The translations under genes and the position numbers were made by a program. The notes below the pieces were generated by a model. It saw only the letters and a list, made by a program, of their open reading frames with translations. It did not search any database and had not been told where the DNA came from. From assembly GCA_964016885.1 (NCBI GenBank), contig OZ024743.1:137454001-137518000 (forward strand): DNA of 64,000 nt, in the 5' to 3' direction. The DNA is from Eledone cirrhosa (lineage: Eukaryota). Positions 1-12,156 of the stretch are shown one piece after another (position 1 is the stretch's first letter; each line of letters opens with the position of its first letter).

Positions 1-3000
1 TTCGTGTTTATTGTTTGGTGCTTGGTACTTGGGGCTTGGTGTTTGGTGCTTGGTGCTTGGTGCTTCGTATTTGGTGTTTGGTGCTTGGTGCTTGGTGTTT
101 GGTGCTTGGTGCTTGGTGCTTGTTGTTTGGTGTTTGGTGTTTGGTGTTTGGTGCTTGGTGCTTGTTGTTTGTTGCTTGGTGCTTGGTGTTTCGTGCTGCA
201 TGTTTGGTGTTTGGTGCTTGGTGCTTGGTGCTTGGTGCTTGGTGTTTGGTGATTGGTGCTTGGTGTTTGGTGCTTGGTGCTTGGTGCTTGGTGTTTGGTG
301 CTTAGTGCTTAGTGCTTGGTGCTTGGTGCTTGGTGTTTGGTGTTTGCTGTTAGCTGTTTGCTGTTTGCTGTTTGCTGTTTGGTGTTTGGTGTTTGGTGCT
401 TTGTGTTTGGTGCTTGGTGCTTGGTGTTTTGTGTTTGGTGCTTGGTGCTTGGGGCTTGGTGTTTGGTGCTTGGTGCTTTGTTCTTGGTGCTTGGTGTTTG
501 GTGTTTGGTGTTTGGTGTTTGGTGCTTGGTGTTTGGTGCTTGGTGCTGGGTGTTTGGTGCTTGGTGCTTGGTGCATGGTGCTTGGTGCTTGGTGTTTGTC
601 GCTTGGTGCTTGGTGCTTGGTGTTTGGTGCTTGGTGTTTGGTGTTTAGTGCTTGTTGCTTGGTGCTTGGTGTTTGGTGTTTGCTGTTTGCTGTTTGGTGT
701 TTGGTGTTTGCTCTTTGCTGTTTGGTGTCTGCTTTTTGGTGTTTGGTGGTTGCTGTATGGTGTTTGCTGTTTCATATTTGGAGTTTGCTGTTTGCTGTTT
801 GGTGTTTCCTATTTGCTGTTTGGTGTTTGGTGCTTGGTGCTTGGTGCTTGGTGTTTGGTGTTTGGTGCTTGGTGCCTGGTGCTTGTTGTTTGGTGTTTGG
901 TGCTTGGGGCTTGATGTTTGGTGTTTGGTGCTTGGTGTCTGGTGTTTGGTGCTTGGTGTTTGGTGTTTGGTGCTTGGTGCTTGGTGTTTGGTGTTTGATG
1001 CTTGGTGCTTGGTGTTTGGTGTTTGGTGCTTGGTGTTTGGTTTTTGGTGCTTGGTGCTTGGTGTTTGGTGCTTGGTGCTTGGTGCTTGGTGTTTGGTGCT
1101 TGGTGCTTGGTGTTTGGTGCTTGGTTCTTGGTGTTTGGTGCTTGGTGTTTGGTGCTTGGTGCTTGGTGTTTGGTGCTTGGTGCTTTGTGCTTGGTGGTTG
1201 GTGTTAGGTGTTTGGTGCTTGGTGCATGGTGTTTTGTGCTTGGTGCTTGGTGCTTGGTGTTTGGTGCTTGGTGCTTGGTGTTTGGTGCTTGGTGCCTGGT
1301 GCTTGGTGTTTGGTGCTTGGTGCTTGGTGTTTTGTGCTTGGTTCTTGGTGTTTGGTGCTTGGTGTTAGGTGCATGGTGCTTGGTGTTTGGTGCTTGGTGC
1401 TTGGTGTTTGGTGTTTGGTGCTTGGTGTTTGGTGCTTGGTGCTTGGTGTTAGGTGTTTGGTGCTTGGTGTTTGGTGTTTGGTGCTTCATGCTTGGTGCTT
1501 GGTGTTTGGTGCTTGGTGCTTGGTGTTTGGTGCTTGGTGCCTGGTGCATGGTGTTTGGTGCTTGATGCTTGGTGTTTGGTGTTTGGTGCTTGGTGTTTGG
1601 TGTTTGGTGCTTGTTGTTTGGTGCTTGGTGCTTGGTGCTTGGTGTTAGATGTTAGGTGTTTGGTGCTTGGTGCTTGGTGTTTGGTGCTTGGTGCTTGGTG
1701 TTTGGTGTTTGGTGCTTGCTGCTTGCTGCTTGGTGTTTGGTGCTTGGTGATTGGTGCTTGGTGTTTGGTGCTTGGTGTTTGGTGCTTGGTACTTGGGGCT
1801 TGGTGTTTGGTGCTTGGTGCTTCGTGCTTGCTGTTTGGTGCTAGGTGCTTGGTGTTTGGTGTTTGGTGCTTGGTGTTTGGTGCGTGGTGCTTGGTGCTGT
1901 GTGGTTGGCGTTCGGTGCTTGGTGCTTGGTGTTTGGTGCTTGGTGCTTGGTGTTTCGTGCTTGGTGCTTGGTTCTTGGTCTTTGGTGTTTGGTGTTTGGT
2001 GCTTGGTGCTTGGTGTTTGGTGCTTGGTGCTTGGTGCTTGGTGATTAGTGTTTGGTACTTGGTGCGTGGGGTTTGGTGTTTGGTGCTTGTTGTTTGGTGC
2101 TTGGTGCTTGGTGCTTGGTGTTTGGTGCTTGGTGTTTGCTGTTTGCTGTTTGGTGTTTGGTGTTTGGTGTTTGGTGTTTGCTGTTGGCTGTTTGGTGTCT
2201 GCTTTTTGGTGTTTGGTGTTTGCTGTATGGTGTTTGCTGTTTGGTGTTTATTGTTTGCTGTTTGGTGTTTGGTGTTTGGTGTTTGGTGTTTCCTGTTTGG
2301 TCTTTAGTCTTTGGTGCTTGGTGTTTGGTGCTTGGTGCTTGGTATTTGGTGTTTCGTGCTTGGTGCTGGTGTTTGGTGCTTGGTGCTTGGTGCTTGGTGT
2401 TTGGTGCTTGGTGCTTGGTGTTTCGTGCTGCGTGCTTGGTGTTTGGTGCTTGGTGCTTGGTGCTTGGTGTTTGGTGTTTGATGCTTGGTGCTTGGTGCTT
2501 GGTGTTTGGTGTTTGGTGCTTGGTGTTTGGTGCTTGGTGCTTGGTGCTTGGTGTATGGTGCTTAGTGCTTGGTGTTTGGTGCTTGGTGCTTGGTGTTTGG
2601 TGTTTGCTGTTTGCTGTTTGGTGTTTGGTGTTTGGTGTTTCCTGTTTGGTCTTTAGTTTTTGGTGCTTGGTGTTTGGTGCTTGGTGCTTGGTATTTGGTG
2701 TTTGGTGCTTGGTGCTTGGTGTTTGGTGCTTGGTGCTTGGTGCTTGGTATTTGGTGTTTGGTGTTTGATGCTTGGTGTTTGATGCTTGCTGCTTCGTGCT
2801 TGGTGCTTGATGCTTGCTGTTTGTACTTGGTGCTTGGGTTTTTTGTGCTTGGTTCTTGGTGTTTGGTGCTTGGTGTTTGGTGCTTGGTGCTTGGTGTTTG
2901 GTGCTTGGTGTTTGGTGTTTGGTGCTTGGTGTTTGGTGCCTGGTGCTTGGTGCTTGGTGTTAGGTGTTTGGTGCTTCATGCTTGGTGCTTGGTGTTTGGT

Positions 3001-6000
3001 GCTTGGTGCTTGGTGTTTGGTGCTTGGTGCCTGGTGCAAGGTGTTTGTTGCTTGGTGCTTGGTGTTTGGTGTTTGCTGCTTGGTGTTTGGTGCTTGGTGC
3101 TTGGTGCTTGGTGCTTGGTGTTAGGTGTTAGGTGTTTGGTGCTTGGTGCTTGGTGTTTGGTGCTTGGGGCTTGGTGTTTGGTGTTTGGTGCTTGCTGCTT
3201 GCTGCTTGGTGTTTGGTGCTTGGTGATTGGTGCTTGGTGTTTGGTGCTTGGTGCTTGGTTTGGTGTTTGGTGCTTGGTGCTTGGTGCTTGGTGCTTGGTG
3301 TTTGGTGCTTGGTGTTTGGTGCTTGGTACTTGGGGCTTGGTGTTTGGTGCTTGGTGCTTCGTGCTTGGTGTTTGCTGCTTGGTGCTTGGTGTTTGGTGCT
3401 TGGTCTTTGGTGCTTGGTGTTTGGTGCTTGGTGCTCGGTGCTTGGTCTTAGGTGTTAGGTGTTTGGTGCTTGGTGCTTGGTGTTTGGTGCTTGGTGCTTG
3501 GTGTTTGGTGTTTGGTGCTTGCTGCTTGCTGCTTGGTGTTTGGTGCTTGGTGATTGGTGCTTGGTGTTTGGTGCTTGATGCTTGGTTTGGTGTTTGGTTC
3601 TAGGTGCTTGGTGCTTGGTGCTTGGTGCTTGGTGCTGGGTGGTTGGCGTTCGGTGCTTGGTGCTTGGTGTTTGGTGCTTGGTGCTTGATGCTTGGTGCTT
3701 GGTGCTTGGTGTTTGGTGCTTGGTGCTTGGTGCTTGGTCTTTGGTGCTTGGTGTTTGGTGTTTGGTGCTTGGTGCTTGGTGTTTGGTGCTTGGTGCTTGG
3801 TGATTAGTGTTTGGTGCTTGGTGCTTGGGGTTTGGTGTTTGGTGCTTGGTGCTTGGTGTTTGGTGCTTGGTGCTTGGTGTTTGGTGCTTGGTGTTTGGTG
3901 TTTGCTGTTTGGTGTTTGGTGTTTGGTGTTTGCTGTTTGCTGTTTGGTGTCTGCTTTTTGGTGTTTGGTGTTTGTTGTATGGTGTTTGCTGTTTCGTGTT
4001 TATTGTTTGCTGTTTGGTGTTTGGTGTTTGGTGTTTGGTGTTTCCTGTTTGGTCTTTAGTTTTTGGTGCTTGGTGTTTGGTGCTTGGTGCTTGGTATTTG
4101 GTGTTTGGTGCTTGGTGCTTGGTGCTTGTTTTTTCGTGCTGCGTGCTTGGTGTTTGGTGTTTGGTGCTTGGTGCTTGGTGTTTGGTGTTTGGTGTTTGAT
4201 GCTTGGTGCTTGGTGTTTGGTGTTTGGTGCTTGGTGTTTGGTGCTTGGTGCTTGGTGCTTGGTGTTTGGTGCTTAGTGCTTAGTGCTTGGTGCTTGGTGC
4301 TTGGTGTTTGGTGTTTACTGTTTGCTGTTTGCTGTTTGGTGTTTGCTGTTTGGTGCTTGCTGTTTGGTGCTTGGTGTTTGGTGCTTGGTGTTTTGTGTTT
4401 GGCGCTTGGTGCTTTGTGTTTGGTGCTTGGTGCTTGGTTCTTGGTGCCTGGTGTTTGGTGTTTTGGTGTTTGGTGCTTGGTGTTTCGTGCTTGGTGCTTG
4501 GTGCTGGGTGTTTGGTGCTTGGTGCTTGGTGTTTGGTGCATGGTGCTTGGTGCTTGGTTTTTGTCTCTCGGTGCTTGGTACTTGGTGTTTGGTGCTTGGT
4601 GTTTGGTGTTTGGTGCTTGGTGCTTGGTGCTTGGTGTTTGGTGTTTGCTGTTTGCTGTTTGGTGTTTGCTGTTTGCTGTTTGCTGTTTGGTGTCTGCTTT
4701 TTGGTGTTTGGTGTTTGCTGTATGGTGTTTGCTGTTTCATGTTTGGAGTTTGCTGTTTGCTGTTTGGTTTTTCCTGTTTGCTGTTTGGTGTTTGGTGCTT
4801 GGTGCTTGGTACTTGATGGTTGGTGTTTGGTGCTTGGTGTCTGGTGTTTGGTGCTTGGTGTTTAGTGTTTGGTGCTTGCTGCTTGGTGTTTGGTGTTTGG
4901 TGCTTGGTGCTTGGTGTTTGGTGTTTGTTGCTAGGTGTTTCGTGTTTGGTGCTTGGTGCTTGGTGTTTGGTGCTTGGTGCTTGGTGTTTTGTGTTTGGTG
5001 TTTGGTGCTTGGTGTTTGGTGTTTGGTGTTTGATGCTTGGTGTTTGATGCTTGGTGCTTGGTGCTTGGTGCTTGGTGTTTGGTGCTTGGTGCTTGGTGTT
5101 TGTACTTGGTGCTTGGTGCTTGGTGTTTGGCGCTTGGTTCTTGGTGTTTGGTGCTTGGTGTTTGGTGCTTGGTGCTTGGTGCTTGGTGTTTGGTGTTTGG
5201 TGCTTGGTGTTTGGTGCTTGGTGCTTTGTGCTTGGTGGATGGTGTTAGGTGTTTGGTGCTTGGTGCTTGGTGTTTTGTGCTTCGTGCTTGGTGCTTGGTG
5301 TTTGGTGCTTGGTGTTTGGTGCTTGGTGCCTGGTGCTTGGTGTTTGGTGCTTTGTGCTTGGTGATAGGTGCTTGGTGCTTGGTGTTTGGTGTTTGGTGCT
5401 TGGAGCTTGGTGTTTGGTGATGCGTGCTTGGTGCTTGGTGCTTCGTGCTTGGTGTTTTGTGTTTGGTGTTTGATGCTTGGTGTTTGGTGTTTGGTGTTTG
5501 GTGCTTGGTGCTTGGTGTTTGGTGTTTGATGCTTGGTGCTTGATGCTTGGTGCTTGTTGCTTGGTGTTTGGTGCTTGGTGCTTGGTGTTTGTACTTGGTG
5601 CTTTGTGCTTGGTGTTTGGTGCTTGGTGTTTGGTGTTTGGTGCTTGGTGTTTGGTGCTTGGTGCTTGGTGCTGGGTGGTTGGCGTTCGGTGCTTGGTGCT
5701 TGGTGTTTGGTGCTTGGTGCTTGGTGTTTGGTGCTTGGTGTTTGGTGTTTGCTGTTTGGTGTTTGGTGTTTGGTGTTTGGTGTTTGCTTTTTGCTGTTTG
5801 GTGTCTGCTTTTTGGTGTTTGGTGTTTGCTGTATGGTGTTTGCTGTTTCGTGTTTATTGTTTGGTGCTTGGTACTTGGGGCTTGGTGTTTGGTGCTTGGT
5901 GCTTGGTGCTTCGTATTTGGTGTTTGGTGCTTGGTGCTTGGTGTTTGGTGCTTGGTGCTTGGTGCTTGTTGTTTGGTGTTTGGTGTTTGGTGTTTGGTGC

Positions 6001-9000
6001 TTGGTGCTTGTTGTTTGTTGCTTGGTGCTTGGTGTTTCGTGCTGCGTGTTTGGTGTTTGGTGCTTGGTGCTTGGTGCTTGGTGCTTGGTGTTTGGTGATT
6101 GGTGCTTGGTGTTTGGTGCTTGGTGCTTGGTGCTTGGTGTTTGGTGCTTAGTGCTTAGTGCTTGGGGCTTGGTGCTTGGTGTTTGGTGTTTGCTGTTAGC
6201 TGTTTGCTGTTTGCTGTTTGCTGTTTGGTGTTTGGTGTTTGGTGCTTTGTGTTTGGTGCTTGGTGCTTGGTGTTTTGTGTTTGGTGCTTGGTGCTTGGGG
6301 CTTGGTGTTTGGTGCTTGGTGCTTTGTTCTTGGTGCTTGGTGTTTGGTGTTTGGTGTTTGGTGTTTGGTGCTTGGTGTTTGGTGCTTGGTGCTGGGTGTT
6401 TGGTGCTTGGTGCTTGGTGCATGGTGCTTGGTGCTTGGTGTTTGTCGCTTGGTGCTTGGTGCTTGGTGTTTGGTGCTTGGTGTTTGGTGTTTAGTGCTTG
6501 TTGCTTGGTGCTTGGTGTTTGGTGTTTGCTGTTTGCTGTTTGGTGTTTGGTGTTTTCTCTTTGCTGTTTGGTGTCTGCTTTTTGGTGTTTGGTGGTTGCT
6601 GTATGGTGTTTGCTGTTTCATATTTGGAGTTTGCTGTTTGCTGTTTGGTGTTTCCTATTTGCTGTTTGGTGTTTGGTGCTTGGTGCTTGGTGCTTGGTGT
6701 TTGGTGTTTGGTGCTTGGTGCCTGGTGCTTGTTGTTTGGTGTTTGGTGCTTGGGGCTTGATGTTTGGTGTTTGGTGCTTGGTGTCTGGTGTTTGGTGCTT
6801 GGTGTTTGGTGTTTGGTGCTTGGTGCTTGGTGTTTGGTGTTTGATGCTTGGTGCTTGGTGTTTGGTGTTTGGTGCTTGGTGTTTGGTTTTTGGTGCTTGG
6901 TGCTTGGTGTTTGGTGCTTGGTGCTTGGTGCTTGGTGTTTGGTGCTTGGTGCTTGGTGTTTGGTGCTTGGTTCTTGGTGTTTGGTGCTTGGTGTTTGGTG
7001 CTTGGTGCTTGGTGTTTGGTGCTTGGTGCTTTGTGCTTGGTGGTTGGTGTTAGGTGTTTGGTGCTTGGTGCATGGTGTTTTGTGCTTGGTGCTTGGTGCT
7101 TGGTGTTTGGTGCTTGGTGCTTGGTGTTTGGTGCTTGGTGCCTGGTGCTTGGTGTTTGGTGCTTGGTGCTTGGTGTTTTGTGCTTGGTTCTTGGTGTTTG
7201 GTGCTTGGTGTTAGGTGCATGGTGCTTGGTGTTTGGTGCTTGGTGCTTGGTGTTTGGTGTTTGGTGCTTGGTGTTTGGTGCTTGGTGCTTGGTGTTAGGT
7301 GTTTGGTGCTTGGTGTTTGGTGTTTGGTGCTTCATGCTTGGTGCTTGGTGTTTGGTGCTTGGTGCTTGGTGTTTGGTGCTTGGTGCCTGGTGCATGGTGT
7401 TTGGTGCTTGATGCTTGGTGTTTGGTGTTTGGTGCTTGGTGTTTGGTGTTTGGTGCTTGGTGTTTGGTGCTTGGTGCTTGGTGCTTGGTGTTAGATGTTA
7501 GGTGTTTGGTGCTTGGTGCTTGGTGTTTGGTGCTTGGTGCTTGGTGTTTGGTGTTTGGTGCTTGCTGCTTGCTGCTTGGTGTTTGGTGCTTGGTGATTGG
7601 TGCTTGGTGTTTGGTGCTTGGTGTTTGGTGCTTGGTACTTGGGGCTTGGTGTTTGGTGCTTGGTGCTTCGTGCTTGCTGTTTGGTGCTAGGTGCTTGGTG
7701 TTTGGTGTTTGGTGCTTGGTGTTTGGTGCGTGGTGCTTGGTGCTGTGTGGTTGGCGTTCGGTGCTTGGTGCTTGGTGTTTGGTGCTTGGTGCTTGGTGTT
7801 TCGTGCTTGGTGCTTGGTTCTTGGTCTTTGGTGTTTGGTGTTTGGTGCTTGGTGCTTGGTGTTTGGTGCTTGGTGCTTGGTGCTTGGTGATTAGTGTTTG
7901 GTACTTGGTGCGTGGGGTTTGGTGTTTGGTGCTTGTTGTTTGGTGCTTGGTGCTTGGTGCTTGGTGTTTGGTGCTTGGTGTTTGCTGTTTGCTGTTTGGT
8001 GTTTGGTGTTTGGTGTTTGGTGTTTGCTGTTGGCTGTTTGGTGTCTGCTTTTTGGTGTTTGGTGTTTGCTGTATGGTGTTTGCTGTTTCGTGTTTATTGT
8101 TTGCTGTTTGGTGTTTGGTGTTTGGTGTTTGGTGTTTCCTGTTTGGTCTTTAGTCTTTGGTGCTTGGTGTTTGGTGCTTGGTGCTTGGTATTTGGTGTTT
8201 CGTGCTTGGTGCTGGTGTTTGGTGCTTGGTGCTTGGTGCTTGGTGTTTGGTGCTTGGTGCTTGGTGTTTCGTGCTGCGTGCTTGGTGTTTGGTGCTTGGT
8301 GCTTGGTGCTTGGTGTTTGGTGTTTGATGCTTGGTGCTTGGTGCTTGGTGTTTGGTGTTTGGTGCTTGGTGTTTGGTGCTTGGTGCTTGGTGCTTGGTGT
8401 ATGGTGCTTAGTGCTTGGTGTTTGGTGCTTGGTGCTTGGTGTTTGGTGTTTGCTGTTTGCTGTTTGGTGTTTGGTGTTTGGTGTTTCCTGTTTGGTCTTT
8501 AGTTTTTGGTGCTTGGTGTTTGGTGCTTGGTGCTTGGTATTTGGTGTTTGGTGCTTGGTGCTTGGTGTTTGGTGCTTGGTGCTTGGTGCTTGGTATTTGG
8601 TGTTTGGTGTTTGATGCTTGGTGTTTGATGCTTGCTGCTTCGTGCTTGGTGCTTGATGCTTGCTGTTTGTACTTGGTGCTTGGGTTTTTTGTGCTTGGTT
8701 CTTGGTGTTTGGTGCTTGGTGTTTGGTGCTTGGTGCTTGGTGTTTGGTGCTTGGTGTTTGGTGTTTGGTGCTTGGTGTTTGGTGCCTGGTGCTTGGTGCT
8801 TGGTGTTAGGTGTTTGGTGCTTCATGCTTGGTGCTTGGTGTTTGGTGCTTGGTGCTTGGTGTTTGGTGCTTGGTGCCTGGTGCAAGGTGTTTGTTGCTTG
8901 GTGCTTGGTGTTTGGTGTTTGGTGCTTGGTGTTTGGTGCTTGGTGCTTGGTGCTTGGTGTTAGGTGTTAGGTGTTTGGTGCTTGGTGCTTGGTGTTTGGT

Positions 9001-12000
9001 GCTTGGGGCTTGGTGTTTGGTGTTTGGTGCTTGCTGCTTGCTGCTTGGTGTTTGGTGCTTGGTGATTGGTGCTTGGTGTTTGGTGCTTGGGGCTTGGTGT
9101 TTGGTGTTTGGTGCTTGCTGCTTGCTGCTTGGTGTTTGGTGCTTGGTGCTTGGTGCTTGGTGTTTGGTGCTTGGTGCCTGGTGCAAGGTGTTTGTTGCTT
9201 GGTGCTTGGTGTTTGGTGTTTGGTGCTTGGTGCTTGGTGCTTGGTGTTTGGTGCTTGGTGTTTGGTGCTTGGTACTTGGGGCTTGGTGTTTGGTGCTTGG
9301 TGCTTCGTGCTTGGTGTTTGCTGCTTGGTGCTTGGTGTTTGGTGCTTGGTCTTTGGTGCTTGGTGTTTGGTGCTTGGTGCTCGGTGCTTGGTCTTAGGTG
9401 TTAGGTGTTTGGTGCTTGGTGCTTGGTGTTTGGTGCTTGGTGCTTGGTGTTTGGTGTTTGGTGCTTGCTGCTTGCTGCTTGGTGTTTGGTGCTTGGTGAT
9501 TGGTGCTTGGTGTTTGGTGCTTGATGCTTGGTTTGGTGTTTGGTTCTAGGTGCTTGGTGCTTGGTGCTTGGTGCTTGGTGCTGGGTGGTTGGCGTTCGGT
9601 GCTTGGTGCTTGGTGTTTGGTGCTTGGTGCTTGATGCTTGGTGCTTGGTGCTTGGTGTTTGGTGCTTGGTGCTTGGTGCTTGGTCTTTGGTGCTTGGTGT
9701 TTGGTGTTTGGTGCTTGGTGCTTGGTGTTTGGTGCTTGGTGCTTGGTGATTAGTGTTTGGTGCTTGGTGCTTGGGGTTTGGTGTTTGGTGCTTGGTGCTT
9801 GGTGTTTGGTGCTTGGTGCTTGGTGTTTGGTGCTTGGTGTTTGGTGTTTGCTGTTTGGTGTTTGGTGTTTGGTGTTTGCTGTTTGCTGTTTGGTGTCTGC
9901 TTTTTGGTGTTTGGTGTTTGCTGTATGGTGTTTGCTGTTTCGTGTTTATTGTTTGCTGTTTGGTGTTTGGTGTTTGGTGTTTGGTGTTTCCTGTTTGGTC
10001 TTTAGTTTTTGGTGCTTGGTGTTTGGTGCTTGGTGCTTGGTATTTGGTGTTTGGTGCTTGGTGCTTGGTGCTTGTTTTTTCGTGCTGCGTGCTTGGTGTT
10101 TGGTGTTTGGTGCTTGGTGCTTGGTGTTTGGTGTTTTGTGTTTGATGCTTGGTGCTTGGTGTTTGGTGTTTGGTGCTTGGTGTTTGGTGCTTGGTGCTTG
10201 GTGCTTGGTGTTTGGTGCTTAGTGCTTAGTGCTTGGTGCTTGGTGCTTGGTGTTTGGTGTTTACTGTTTGCTGTTTGCTGTTTGGTGTTTGCTGTTTGGT
10301 GCTTGCTGTTTGGTGCTTGGTGTTTGGTGCTTGCTGTTTTGTGTTTGGCGCTTGGTGCTTGGTGTTTGGTGCTTGGTGCTTGGTTCTTGGTGCCTGGTGT
10401 TTGGTGTTTTGGTGTTTGGTGCTTGGTGTTTCGTGCTTGGTGCTTGGTGCTGGGTGTTTGGTGCTTGGTGCTTGGTGTTTGGTGCATGGTGCTTGGTGCT
10501 TGGTTTTTGTCTCTTGGTGCTTGGTACTTGGTGTCTGGTGCTTGGTGTTTGGTGTTTGGTGCTTGGTGCTTGGTGCTTGGTGTTTGGTGTTTGCTGTTTG
10601 CTGTTTGGTGTTTGCTGTTTGCTGTTTGCTGTTTGGTGTCTGCTTTTTGGTGTTTGGTGTTTGCTGTATGGTGTTTGCTGTTTCATGTTTGGAGTTTGCT
10701 GTTTGCTGTTTGGTTTTTCCTGTTTGCTGTTTGGTGTTTGGTGCTTGGTGCTTGGTACTTGATGTTTGGTGTTTGGTGCTTGGTGTCTGGTGTTTGGTGC
10801 TTGGTGTTTAGTGTTTGGTGCTTGGTGCTTGGTGTTTGGTGTTTGGTGCTTGGTGCTTGGTGTTTGGTGTTTGTTGCTAGGTGTTTCGTGTTTGGTGTTT
10901 GGTGCTTGGTGTTTGGTGCTTGGTGCTTGGTGTTTTGTGTTTGGTGTTTGGTGCTTGGTGTTTGGTGTTTGGTGTTTGATGCTTGGTGTTTGATGCTTGG
11001 TGCTTGGTGCTTGGTGCTTGGTGTTTGGTGCTTGGTGCTTGGTGTTTGTACTTGGTGCTTGGTGCTTGGTGTTTGGCGCTTGGTTCTTGGTGTTTGGTGC
11101 TTGGTGTTTGGTGCTTGGTGCTTGGTGCTTGGTGTTTGGTGTTTGGTGCTTGGTGTTTGGTGCTTGGTGCTTTGTGCTTGGTGGATGGTGTTAGGTGTTT
11201 GGTGCTTGGTGCTTGGTGTTTTGTGCTTCGTGCTTGGTGCTTGGTGTTTGGTGCTTGGTGTTTGGTGCTTGGTGCCTGGTGCTTGGTGTTTGGTGCTTTG
11301 TGCTTGGTGATTGGTGCTTGGTGCTTGGTGTTTGGTGTTTGGTGCTTGGAGCTTGGTGTTTGGTGATGCGTGCTTGGTGCTTGGTGCTTCGTGCTTGGTG
11401 TTTTGTGTTTGGTGTTTGATGCTTGGTGTTTGGTGTTTGGTGCTTGGTGCTTGGTGTTTGGTGTTTGATGCTTGGTGCTTGATGCTTGGTGCTTGGTGCT
11501 TGGTGTTTGGTGCTTGGTGCTTGGTGTTTGTACTTGGTGCTTTGTGCTTGGTGTTTGGTGCTTGGTGTTTGGTGCTTGGTGCTTGGTGCTTGGTGCTTGG
11601 TGTTTGGTGTTTGGTGCTTGGTGTTTGGTGCTTGGTGCTTGGTGCTTGGTGTTAGGTGTTTGGTGCTTCATGCTTGGTGCTTGGTGTTTGGTGCTTGGTG
11701 ATTGGTGTTTGGTGCTTGATGCCTGGTGTTTGGTGTTTGGTGCTTGCTGCTTGCTGCTTGGTGTTTGGTGCTTGGTGATTGGTGCTTGGTGTTTGGTGCT
11801 TGGTGCTTGGTGTTTGGTGTTTGGTGCTAGGTGCTTGGTGCTTGGTGCTTGGTGTTTGGTGCTTGGTATTTGGTGCTTGGTACTTGGGGCTTGGCGTTTG
11901 GTGCTTGGTGCTTCGTGCTTGGTGTTTGGTGCTTGGTGTTTGGTGTTTGGTGCTTGGTGTTTGGTGCTTGGTGCTTGGTGCTGGGTGGTTGGCGTTCGGT

Positions 12001-12156
12001 GCTTGGTGCTTGGTGTTTGGTGCTTGGTGCTTGGTGTTTGGTGCTTGGTGTTTGGTGTTTGCTGTTTGGTGTTTGGTGTTTGGTGTTTGGTGTTTGCTTT
12101 TTGCTGTTTGGTGTCTACTTTTTGGTGTTTGGTGTTTGCTGTATGGTGTTTGCTGT
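1..12156 (+). repeat. HOR block 1: two tandem copies of a ~5.8-6.3 kb unit (1-5846 and 5847-12156)
   Basis: The marker TTCGTGTTTATTGTTTGGTGCTTGGTACTTGGGG occurs at 1, 5847 and 12157. ORF pairs 652/6498, 1453/7299 and 2653/8499 are offset by 5846; 3582/9528 and 4063/10009 by 5946. CTGGGTGGTTGGCGTTCGG at 5671 and 11981 is offset by 6310. Confidence 0.9.
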
